Positions 14,424 through 26,467 of a stretch of 64,000 bases of DNA are shown piece after piece (the first letter of the stretch is position 1; the number at the start of each line of letters is the position of its first letter). The notes below the pieces were generated by a model. That model searched no databases. It saw only the letters and a list, made by a program, of their open reading frames with translations, and had not been told where the DNA came from. Made by a program: the position numbers and the translations under genes. The DNA comes from Eledone cirrhosa. Taxonomy: Eukaryota. The stretch covers positions 376,154,001-376,218,000 of the forward strand of contig OZ024741.1 in assembly GCA_964016885.1 (NCBI GenBank), written 5' to 3'.

Positions 14424-14427
14424 GTAC

Positions 14428-14500
<73 letters not shown>

Positions 14501-14503
<3 letters not shown>

Positions 14504-15141
14504 TATATTATATTTTGAGAATAAGCTCTCAGTCGTTTACAATAAATCAGCTCCAAGAAAGGGGCATTTCCGAGCAGTTAAATACATTAATATATATGAT
14601 AAACACAAAACGTGTTTGCATTGTAACAGACAAAGTTAGCTATTAATGAAATAAACTAATTAAAGTGAATACAATTTATCTGTCTCGATATAAGTCAATA
14701 AAGACAAGCTTATATTGGCAAAGGCCGTGATTCCTGGACAAATCTAAATTTCAAAATCCAAACCCGCTCCGTAGATGAATTTGAACCTCGAAACCTAAAT
14801 ATGTTTCGCAACGATCGTACATGAATTGAAAAATAAAGAGAATCGAAATGGAATTGAAATAAAAAGTGAAATATCCAAATCTTCTGTGCTCATCAACAGG
14901 AACCCAGTAAAATTAGTATATTCCACCATCAAAAGTTTTGCAGGTCTGACTACACGTGTGTAACCAGGCCAAACTAGCCGTCCCGCATTCCCGGTGCTAG
15001 AAATAACAGCCGTTTATGCGGGATTAAAAATCAGCTCTACAGTTAAGGAGCAATATACTATATTATATTTTGAGAATAAACTCTCAGTCGTTTACAATAA
15101 ATCAGCTCCAAGAAAGGGGCATTTCCGAGCAGTTAAATACA

Positions 15142-15150
<9 letters not shown>
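14501..15150 (-). mobile_element. Non-coding 555-bp unit as a partial tandem with a hammerhead-like motif (retrozyme-like)
   Basis: About 95-bp direct repeat at 14501 and 15056; minus-strand CCTG-TTGATGA-GCA...TGC-GAAA-CATATT-TAGG at 14794-14900. Confidence 0.6.
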
Positions 15151-15204
<54 letters not shown>

Positions 15205-15208
<4 letters not shown>

Positions 15209-15566
15209 AGATCAAAAGATGGTTAAAGGAGTTCCATATATTTTATTATGCGCATTTCAAAAACAAACATAATCAAGCAATAATATTTGTGTTTTCATCA
15301 GATAAAACAGGAGAACATGATATGAAGGCTAAAAAACACTTGTTGATAGTGCAGTTTTAAATCAACATATGAAAAGTGGTTTTAGATTGATGTGTGATAT
15401 TGGGAAAAATATTTTATTTAGAGAGGGGGGGGGGGGGGGATATATGGAACTCCTTTAACCATCTTTTGATCTTATATTATGCATACTCCAGTCCCACAAC
15501 CTGTAGAGTGCTTCTTATCCGATATCTGCATTGCTTTATTGTACTACAATAAAACTCACCTCCTAC

Positions 15567-15570
<4 letters not shown>
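15205..15570 (-). mobile_element. PLE pLTR fold-back fragment (same family as 21087-22808)
   Basis: 15205-15430 is near-identical to 21087-21312; its terminus is inverted at 15441-15476 followed by a tail. Confidence 0.8.
15241..15307 (-). ncRNA. Type I hammerhead ribozyme
   Basis: TTTTAT/ATAAAA stem I; CTGATGA; AAAC/GTTT stem II; GAAA; palindromic ATGCGCAT; AUA site. Confidence 0.78.
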
Positions 15571-15637
<67 letters not shown>

Positions 15638-15721
15638 GTATATATATATATAAGGAACTGTTTCTTTGTTTATTCATTATTTTTATTAATTTATATATAT
15701 ATATGTATGTATATATATATG

Positions 15722-15772
<51 letters not shown>

Positions 15773-15963
15773 GTATATATATATGTATATATATATGTAT
15801 ATATATGTCTATATATATATATAAGTATATATATGTCTATGTATATATATATATGTATATATACAGTATTTAAGTATCGAAAGAGAGAAAAAAAGCGGAG
15901 GATTGGTGATACCTATAGTTATTTGCCAAGTAGCGTATGCCAATTATTTATTTGATTAGTTAT

Positions 15964-16003
15964 GCCCTTGAGAAGTCCATGTGGGCGAAACCTACGTAGG
16001 TGC
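15964..16003 (+). ncRNA. Hammerhead-like motif, U3-A8 variant
   Basis: GCCC-TTGAGAA-GTCC(ATGT)GGGC-GAAA-CCTAC-GTA-GG; stem I is weak. Confidence 0.5.
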
Positions 16004-16108
16004 TGTTTTAAATAAACATGTTTTAACGGTCTATTCTCCGATTTCTTACTTTCCCACCTATATGTATATATATATATATATGTATGTATATGTATGTATA
16101 TAGGTATG

Positions 16109-16139
<31 letters not shown>

Positions 16140-16328
16140 GTATATATATATATGTATGTATATGTATGTATGTATATGTATTTATGTATATATATATATG
16201 TATGTATATATGTATATATATGTATGTTTATATATGTATGTATGTATATATATATATATATGTATGTATGTATGTATGTATATATATATATATATATATG
16301 TATGCATGTATGTATGTATGTATATATA

Positions 16329-16668
16329 CCCTGATGGAATCCAATGATGTTGACTTGTTCTTCTATTTGGTAAATATCATCTTGGTTAAGAGAGTGGGAT
16401 TGCCTTTGCTGTGCAGTGCCTTTGCTCACTATAAACGCTTCACGGCACAGGCATTGCTTTATATCTGGAGATCTCTCTGCACTTGTCGTGACATGGTACC
16501 AAGGGCCCAGCACTATGTGTCAATAATTGTCACAAGTGTAGTGTTTGTACCAGAGTTTTCAAGTCGCTGGCTGGACTAAAAAGTCACACTCGTTCAGCGC
16601 ATCGGTAGGGGTTCTCCTACATGGATATAAAGTAGTGGCCCTACTCGAAAACGAGTTGGCAGCCACCA
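16329..16668 (+). mobile_element. 5'-truncated RTE-derived non-autonomous element
   Basis: Colinear with 16982-17319. Confidence 0.8.
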
Positions 16669-16689
16669 TGTTTATATATGTATGTATGT

Positions 16690-17315
16690 ATATATGTATG
16701 TATATATATGTCAGGTCACCAGTTGGTGCTACTGGTAACATGTATCCCAGTACAACCTGTCCCATGGTCGGGTCGTTGGTGACTAAACTCGCAATCCCAT
16801 CAAGGTTTCTAGGTGAGGAGGGTGACTTTGGACATCCTGCAGGACTAAAAACAAAACCTGTCAAAGGGCAAAGGAGCTCTTAAGAGTCAATGGCCATCCA
16901 AAATCACCGGGAGAGATGACCCCTTAGCCTTTGTCAAGGCAGAATTCTAGGAGAAGGAAAACTCTGATATAACACCTGCAACCCTGATGGTATCCAATGA
17001 TGTTGACTTGTTCGTCTTTTTGGTAAATATCATCTTGGTTAAGAGAGTGGGACTGGCTTTGTGCAGTGCCTTTTCTCACTATAACAGCTTCAGGGCACAC
17101 GCATTGCTTTATATCTGGAGATATCTCTGCACTTGTCATCACATGGTACCATGGGCCCAGCACTATGTATCAATAATTGTCACAAGTGTAGTGTTTGTAC
17201 CAGAGTTTTCAAGTCGTTGACTGGACTAAAAAGTCACACTTGTTCAGCGGATCGTAATGGGTTCTCCTACATAGATATAAAGTTGTGGCCGTACTCGAAA
17301 ACGAGTTGGCAGCCA

Positions 17316-17319
<4 letters not shown>
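16690..17319 (+). mobile_element. Longest copy of a ~630-bp RTE-derived (bipartite-like) non-autonomous retroposon
   Basis: The 3' part encodes a C-x2-C-x3-F..GL.SH remnant ([17 protein letters not shown]) like RTE-BovB ORF C-termini; no RT; four copies share the 3' end. Confidence 0.65.
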
Positions 17320-17353
<34 letters not shown>

Positions 17354-17444
17354 CGAAGGAAATGTGGTAAGGAACCAGGTGGACCATAACGCACCAAAGT
17401 ACTCAATACTTGAGGTAGTAGAGTGGGTAATAGGAACCAGTAAG

Positions 17445-17538
17445 ACCCCGACAGCTGAGCTCAAGCCGTTTCGACGGCTAATTCTGGACTAAATGAAAAT
17501 TTATCCTGGTATTTAAATAGCCGATCTTCTCAAGGGGT
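17445..17538 (-). ncRNA. Type I hammerhead, U3-A8 variant
   Basis: Inverted copy of 19302-19395. Confidence 0.78.
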
Positions 17539-17908
17539 AATTCCATATATGGTCAAAGTGATTGTCAAAAATCAGTAGTAATTCTGTGGTTGCAAATTAG
17601 TAGGGGAGATGGTGGCTAAACCTGCCAGTAGGAGAAAGAGGGGAGGGGGTGGAGTAGACCCAATCAAGCGTTGGTAGTGCCAGCTACAGCTGGGCATGAG
17701 GTCAAAGAAGATACAGGGGAGGGGGAGGGGGAGGAAGTCGGAACGGTAGGTAGAACAATGGGGGGTAGAAATAGGAAAGAAAAAATACTGAGAGTGAAGA
17801 AAAGCAAATAAGTGTAAAGAAAAAAGTAAAGTAAATTAAATTCTACGACCTAGGTGTCAGGCTATTGTTAGGCGAGAATAAAATAAAGAAAGAAAGAAGT
17901 AAATAAAT

Positions 17909-18193
17909 ACCTTCCGAAACCCGGCCCGGCGTCACGCCACTACACTTTCGGGCCACATATGGGACCTCAAGGACAACAACATCACCTATGATCTCACTTG
18001 GAGATTACTGTCCAGAGCCAATTCTTACACGGGAGGACGCCGTCCGTGCAATTTATGCTCGGAGGAAACTTTAGAAATGCTGTTTTCGACGGACCAACTC
18101 CTAAACAAGAAAGATGAACTGGTTACTGCATGTAAACATAGATTGCGTAGGACTTACCTCGCCCTCAAACCCCATAATGACCCGGGGGGGTAG
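17909..18193 (+). pseudogene. C-terminal part of PLE GIY-YIG endonuclease
   Basis: Translates TFRNPARRHATTLSGHIWDLKDNNITYDLTWRLLSRANSYTGGRRPCNLCSEE...LLNKK..L...CKH, homologous to the 2021-2317 protein. Confidence 0.85.
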
Positions 18194-18909
18194 ACTAGGG
18201 CTATAACACCCCACTTGCCGATTTTGCAATGGGTAACCCCTGCTCGCCAAGGAAGACGTAAGATCTTCTTTGTATTCTTTTATCGCTTCCTTTATTTCCT
18301 TCCCCCCTCTCTCCTTTGTCCTTCTACCCCAGCTCTTCTCCTTTGTCGGCGTCTTTTCTCGCCCACCCGAGGCTGCCCTTTGGCCCCATGTAGCCTTAGT
18401 ACCCCCACCACCCCCTCCCCTAGTCTATGATAGATTTGGCGGACTCCGCCCTTTATAGCAGTTGGCTTAGACCCCGGATACTTGCCCCCTTTTTCAGACC
18501 GCTCCCACTATTCTCTGTGCCCTCTATATTTCTTAGTGGCACTTATGCCTTATTTTTTCGTTTCAGTATTTCTTGCTTCGCTTTTCTTCTGGGCGGGGTG
18601 GATTCTGAATTTATTTTTCCGTATTCTACCTTTATTTCGTACGAACTTTCATGTAGCTTGTTTTAGATCTTTTAAAGTTAGCATTAGTATATATTTTTCT
18701 CGGGACTCAGAATTATTATCTCGTACAAGTTCACTTTGCTGCACTGGGTCGTTGCTGGCCCGGGATGGAAACCTTTATTGTTTATTTCGTGGTAGTCTCT
18801 TTAGTATTTTGGCCCCTTTTGTTGACCCGTCACCGTATCATTTACGTACTTATACCTCTTAAAAGGGTCCTTGCCTTATCCGTCCCACCTAGTTCTTTTA
18901 CTGATTTCC

Positions 18910-18940
<31 letters not shown>

Positions 18941-19301
18941 CTTCTTTCTTTCTTTATTTTATTCTCGCCTAACAATAGCCTGACACCTAGGTCGTAGAAT
19001 TTAATTTACTTTACTTTTTTCTTTACACTTATTTGCTTTTCTTCACTCTCAGTATTTTTTCTTTCCTATTTCTACCCCCCATTGTTCTACCTACCGTTCC
19101 GACTTCCTCCCCCTCCCCCTCCCCTGTATCTTCTTTGACCTCATGCCCAGCTGTAGCTGGCACTACCAACGCTTGATTGGGTCTACTCCACCCCCTCCCC
19201 TCTTTCTCCTACTGGCAGGTTTAGCCACCATCTCCCCTACTAATTTGCAACCACAGAATTACTACTGATTTTTGACAATCACTTTGACCATATATGGAAT
19301 T

Positions 19302-19395
19302 ACCCCTTGAGAAGATCGGCTATTTAAATACCAGGATAAATTTTCATTTAGTCCAGAATTAGCCGTCGAAACGGCTTGAGCTCAGCTGTCGGGGT
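19302..19395 (+). ncRNA. Type I hammerhead, U3-A8 variant
   Basis: ACCCC/GGGGT stem I; TTGAGAA; GA(T)CGGCTA/TAGCCGTC stem II; GAAA; CGGCT-TGAGCTC-AGCTG stem III; GUC. Confidence 0.8.
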
Positions 19396-19440
19396 CTTAC
19401 TGGTTCCTATATATATATATATATAGTTTTAATATAGATG

Positions 19441-19491
19441 AGGTTCTACAGGACTAGAACTGTTTCATTCTTTAGAAATCATCAGGAATCT
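19441..19491 (-). ncRNA. Type I hammerhead ribozyme
   Basis: Inverted copy of 24000-24050 with one stem I mismatch. Confidence 0.75.
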
Positions 19492-19638
19492 GGGTATCAA
19501 AAAATAAACATGGTATTTATAGGTCTCTACAAGTGGTAGGAGAGGGTGGGGAGTGGGATGGGTGTAGGTCATTGGTTGATAGAAAAGGGAATTCATTAAA
19601 AGCTATAGTTTATTTTTATTAATTTTTGCTTTTAGAGT

Positions 19639-20082
19639 AATTGCCTAAATAAGGAAGCATGCCCACTTGAAAACAAATGCCTCACAAATGATATCGTATA
19701 CAAATGCGATGTCATCTCAGGCACCGAGGATTGCAACAAAACTTATATCGGCATGACCTCCAACAACTTTAAGACCCGTTGGTATGTCCATACCCACTCC
19801 TTCAGAGGACCGGACAAATCAAATCAGACAACACTCGCCTCCTACGTTTGGGACCTCAAAAGGAACTCCACCCCCTTCACGCTTAAATGGAAAATACTCC
19901 AGAAAGCGTGCTCTTACAACGGATGACACAAGGGCTCCGACCTTTGTATTTCAGAGAGCTACGAAATTTTATTCGCCAAGGGCCCGCTACTGAACAAACT
20001 CTATGAACACTGCCCGAACAGCATGCACAAGAACTTTGCAACTTTCAAACACTTTAAGCCAGTGTTAAAGCCCGATGGCTAA
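19639..20082 (+). pseudogene. PLE GIY-YIG endonuclease remnant
   Basis: NCLNKEACPLENKCLTNDIVYKCDV...TYIGMTSNNFKTRWYVH..TTLASYVWDLK; one in-frame stop. Confidence 0.88.
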
Positions 20083-20219
20083 AAACGACCTCCCCCTATT
20101 GGCCCCTATACCTCCTTCCCACCCTATCCCCACCCCTCCTCAACCTGAAATACGGCCACTATGGTTATGTGAGTACCTCTTTCCTATCTACATTTTCTGC
20201 CTGTAGAGGTGTTTTTATG

Positions 20220-21086
<867 letters not shown>

Positions 21087-22808
21087 TATAAGATCAAAAG
21101 ATGGTTAAAGGAGTTCAATATATTTTATTATGCGCATTTCAAAAACAAACATCATCAAACAATAATATTTGTGTTTTCATCAGATAAAACAGGAGAACAT
21201 GATATGAAGGCTAAAAAAACACTTGTTGATAGTGCAGTTTTAAATCAACATATGAAAAGTGGTTTTAGATTGATGTGTGATATTGGGAAAAATATTTTAT
21301 TTAGAGAGGGGGGGAGAGAAAAGGATGAAAAGGGAAGGAGATGAGAGGGAGAGATGGGTGATAGAGAGAAAGAGATAGTTTTTATAACTGAGAGGTGATA
21401 TATTTTATATAGAGGGGTTGAAAACCGTTGGAAGATACTGTATAAATTAAAAATTTTGAAAATTAACGAAGGGAGGATATGTGCGAGGAAAAATATATTA
21501 TATTTAGGGAGGGGGGGGGTGGAAAGGATGAAAAAAAGGGGAGGAGATGAGAGTGAAGGTGGAAAGGGAGAGATGGGTGATAGAGAGAAAGAGATAGTTT
21601 TTATAACTGAGAAAAAGATATAATGTTTTAATATAGAGAGGTTGGGAACCGTTGGAAGATAATGTATAAATTAAAGGAATTTGAAAATTAACGAAGGGAA
21701 ATTATGTATGGAGATAGAGAGAAAAAAATAACGAAGGGAAATTATGTATGGAGATAGAGAGAAAAAAATAATAATTGTGGGTGAATATTCTAACGTCAAA
21801 AGAAGAAATGTAGGAATTTTAAAATTAGCAAAGAGAAAAAGTTTATGTGTAGAAGGATTTGAGAAAAATAATGTGAAGTTAAAGTTTGTATATTGAATTC
21901 ATATGTATTAATAATGAGTTCGTTGATGGGGAGAAAAAAATAATAATAAATTAAGGATGAAATTGAGATTAAAAAGATTTATGATAGAGAGAAAAAATAA
22001 TAATGATTGCGGATGAATACTCAAAATGTCAAAAACAAATGTTATTGTTTTACGAGGAGATAGAATGAGGGTGATGAGTAAACGGGTATTATAGAGTGTA
22101 TAATGCCCTTTAAAGTAAGGTAGATGGGTATATTTTAAAGAATATATGAGTATATATTAAAAAAAATATATAATAATAAATTAAGGATGAAATTGAGATT
22201 AAAAAGATTTATGATAGAGGGAAAAAAAAAAAATAATAATGATTGCGGATGAATATTCAAAATGTCAAAAACAAATGTTATTGTTTTACGAGAAGATAGG
22301 ATGAGGGTAATGAGTAAACGAGTATTATAGAGTGTATAATGCCCTTTAAAGTAAGGTAGATGGGTATATTTTAAAGAGGTGTATGTATATGTGCCTTTGA
22401 GAAAAGATTCTAAATTGATAAAGAATTGAATATTAACTGTATACTTTGTGAAAAGTTCTATGGAATTTATGCAGGCAGATGGAAAACAAATCCGAGCGTC
22501 TATTTATTATGGATTCTAGGTTAGAGATAATGGTAAATTTTTCATTTAGGCAGAGATTACAGATTTTAGATAGAGAGCTGTTCAAGTACGAGGATGCAGA
22601 AGAAATCTTTTTCCAAAAGATGTTATATTTAATGTTTTTGTCTTTTAAGGACCATATGAGTTCTGAGAGAGCAGTGTTAGTTCTTTTAAGTTTGTATTTG
22701 AAAGATGAATGATGATTATAGAGACGAGCTTTAAAAGAGGTGGAAGTGGAGCCAAAATAGGTGAAGGAATTGGTGCTAGTTATAATTTTACATTCATAAA
22801 TTATATAT
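21087..22808 (-). mobile_element. Nested 5'-truncated PLE (EN, 3' UTR, pLTR)
   Basis: Minus strand about 22434-22805 reads [46 protein letters not shown]; internal ~235-bp duplication (about 21940 and 22172). Confidence 0.85.
21123..21189 (-). ncRNA. Type I hammerhead ribozyme
   Basis: Same motif as 15241-15307: CTGATGA, GAAA, palindromic ATGCGCAT, 6-bp stem I. Confidence 0.78.
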
Positions 22809-22899
22809 TCATATATATATATGTGTGTATATATATATATATATGTATATATATGTGTGTATATATGTGTATGTATTTGTGTATATATGTATGTGTGTG

Positions 22900-22969
<70 letters not shown>

Positions 22970-22988
22970 TATATGTATGAATGGTGTA

Positions 22989-23027
<39 letters not shown>

Positions 23028-23130
23028 GTATGGTGCTTTTTCCTTATATATGTGTATATGTGTGTGTGTGTGTATATATATATATGTATGTATGTGTGTG
23101 TGTGTATGTATATGTATATATTTGTTTATG

Positions 23131-23161
<31 letters not shown>

Positions 23162-23214
23162 TTGTGTGTATGTGTGTGTATATGTATATATATATATATG
23201 TGTGTATATATATG

Positions 23215-23250
<36 letters not shown>

Positions 23251-23365
23251 ATATATATATATAAATGTATGTGTATATGTATGTATATGTATACACATGT
23301 ATATTTGTGTGTATGTATGTATGTCTGTGAGTGTATATATATGTGTATATATATGTGTGTGTGTG

Positions 23366-23432
<67 letters not shown>

Positions 23433-23999
23433 ATATATCTGTATATAAATATATTTATATATGTGTGTGTGTTTTTATGTGTGTATATGTGTATGTGTAT
23501 GTGTGTTTATGGTTGCGCGCGAGTGTGTGAGTGAGTGTGTTTTTTGTGAATGTGTCCGTTGATTTTGGCATATACTTGATTAGTTTAAGAGAAGTTCGAA
23601 GATAATTGTAAGATATGCACTCAGTATTTTGAATCTGTCTACAGAATTCTCTAAACAGTTGTCACTTAGTAGAAACTTAATGAATTTAGCTTTTAAAGAA
23701 TCTCCCTTTCCTTTAATTCTATCTACCATGACTGACCACCCACTGATCTCATAGACACCTGTTGGCTTAAGAGAAACTTAATAATAAGGAGTGGCATGCC
23801 ATCCGGAACCTGTTTATAGAATTCTGTCTGCATTTGTTACTCTAAAAGCAAAAATTAATAAAAATAAACTATAGCTTTGTAGAATTAGCTTTTAATGAAT
23901 TCCCTTTTCTATCAACCAATGACCTACACCCATCCCACTCCCCACCCTCTCCTACCACTTGTAGAGACCTATAAATACCATGTTTATTTTTTGATACCC

Positions 24000-24050
24000 A
24001 GATTCCTGATGATTTCTAAAGAATGAAACAGTTCTAGTCCTGTAGAATCT
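24000..24050 (+). ncRNA. Type I hammerhead ribozyme, canonical core
   Basis: AGATTC/GAATCT stem I; CTGATGA; TTC(TAAA)GAA stem II; GAAA; CAG-TTCTAGTC-CTG stem III; GUA. Confidence 0.83.
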
Positions 24051-24132
24051 CATCTATATTAAAACTTTTATACTCTGCAATGTATTGAGTACCTTACTTA
24101 CTGTGGTTACCTCCGATTCAACCCGGAATAAC

Positions 24133-24187
<55 letters not shown>

Positions 24188-24189
<2 letters not shown>

Positions 24190-24400
24190 AAGGCGGGTAA
24201 AATTCCCGAGATCCATGGACGAGTTCTCTCCAGCGGTCTCTGTCCCCCAGTATCGCTGCCATGTCCTGCGTCTCCAACAGACCAGTGTCTGTCCTTAGGG
24301 CATCAACATACGTTAACCTTGGTCTTCCTCTTCTAGTGTGTCCATGTAGTGGCTCCCAAAGGAGCACTGAGTGCAATATCAACTCTGGATGTCGGTGAGC
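24188..24400 (-). mobile_element. RTE/RTE-X LINE 3' fragment
   Basis: Translates [24 protein letters not shown]...DRDRWR, a typical RTE-clade ORF C-terminus. Confidence 0.8.
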
Positions 24401-24441
24401 ATATATATAAATATATATATATATATTCTCCCCATTTTTTC

Positions 24442-24477
<36 letters not shown>

Positions 24478-24502
24478 ATATTTATATATATATGTTCTCC
24501 CC

Positions 24503-24596
<94 letters not shown>

Positions 24597-24740
24597 ATAA
24601 TAATATTTAACTCCGTAATAGCACCACAACTACAAAAACAAAGACGGTTGAACTGCTTTACGTTGAGTACTCTCTATATTATTACATTACGATTGACCAT
24701 ACGGAATAGACCAGCTCTATACAGTGGTGAACCTCAAACC

Positions 24741-24861
<121 letters not shown>

Positions 24862-24863
24862 TT

Positions 24864-24910
<47 letters not shown>

Positions 24911-25670
24911 CGCGCACGTGTGTTTGTGTGTACATGTGTGTGCGTATGCATGCATATATTTATGTATCACCTGTGATAGGGCGAGAAATAATATTCTAAT
25001 TTTAGTTTTAGTTTTCGGCACGGTCAGCCGTAACTCGCTCAGTATGCAAATAAGGCTACTCAGACTATGTGTATTTCAGGAAATACTATATATTTCAACC
25101 GTTCAACAAATATATATATATATGAGTACAGTGAATATTTTAAAATTTACTTTGAAACTTTTTCTTATTTGCTAAACCTTGATTATATATATATATATAT
25201 GAACGGGCTGGACGTTACTGTAAGGATCGTCTAGTTTCCTGAAACCTTTGGTAATGGAATAATTATATTGTGTTGTTTATTCTGTAAAGAAACAGAGCTC
25301 TGTACTATACGTAGAACACTCTTTCCTATATATATATATACATATACGAACACACATACACACACATATATATATATATATAAATATATAATATATATAT
25401 ACACACATATATATATATACACATACGCGTACATACAGAAATACATACACATACATACAGAAATACATACAAACAAACACATATATATACATACGATACA
25501 ATTCTTCAGAATTCGTACACGTTGTTTTCCTTGATCGTTAAAATGATAGAAAGATAAATTACTACTGAAAAGTTGAGGTAAAAAAATAAGAAAATTTCCA
25601 CTTATTTGACTTAGACGAGCCATTCAGAAAGTTCCGCGGGCAAAGGGTTGTCCATGACTGACATAGACAT

Positions 25671-25735
<65 letters not shown>

Positions 25736-25851
25736 TACACATCCATATATACATATAATACATACACACACACACACACACATATATATATACTCACATA
25801 TACATACATATATACATGCACACACATATAACAATACACACATCCACACAT

Positions 25852-25900
<49 letters not shown>

Positions 25901-26423
25901 TATAGAACATATATACATATATAAAACATACACATATCTATACATATACAAATACACATATACATTCGGCTATATATGCATATATACGATATATATATAT
26001 ATATACACCCATATTATATGAGAACATACATATGTACATACATATTTAATTTAATACAAAACCGTACGTACAAAAAAATATATTCACATACATATAAATG
26101 CATATATTATCACAAAGAGATGTAAGTTCATACATAGTAAAAATAATTAAATATATTTGCACTTAGAAATATTCATACATATCTATGAATATGTTAAGTA
26201 TATTTAAAAAAAAAAATGAGTTTTCAATGCTATAATTAGAATCATCAAGGGATGAAGTAAGATTGGATTTAAATCATATGTAAATGTTATAAGTATAATT
26301 AAATGTATATGAATTTAAATATGTGTCAAATATATCATTAGAGTGCAGGAGTGTTCGATGCTTCTTATAGAGTCATCAAATGTAAATACTTACATACGAA
26401 TAGTCCCCCCCCCCAAAAAAAAG

Positions 26424-26467
<44 letters not shown>

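Larger units (their letters stand above)
17352..19408 (+). mobile_element. 5'-truncated PLE with near-perfect inverted pLTR
   Basis: About 17431-17908 is the reverse complement of about 18932-19408; EN C-terminus lies inside; (TA)n on both sides. Confidence 0.9.
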
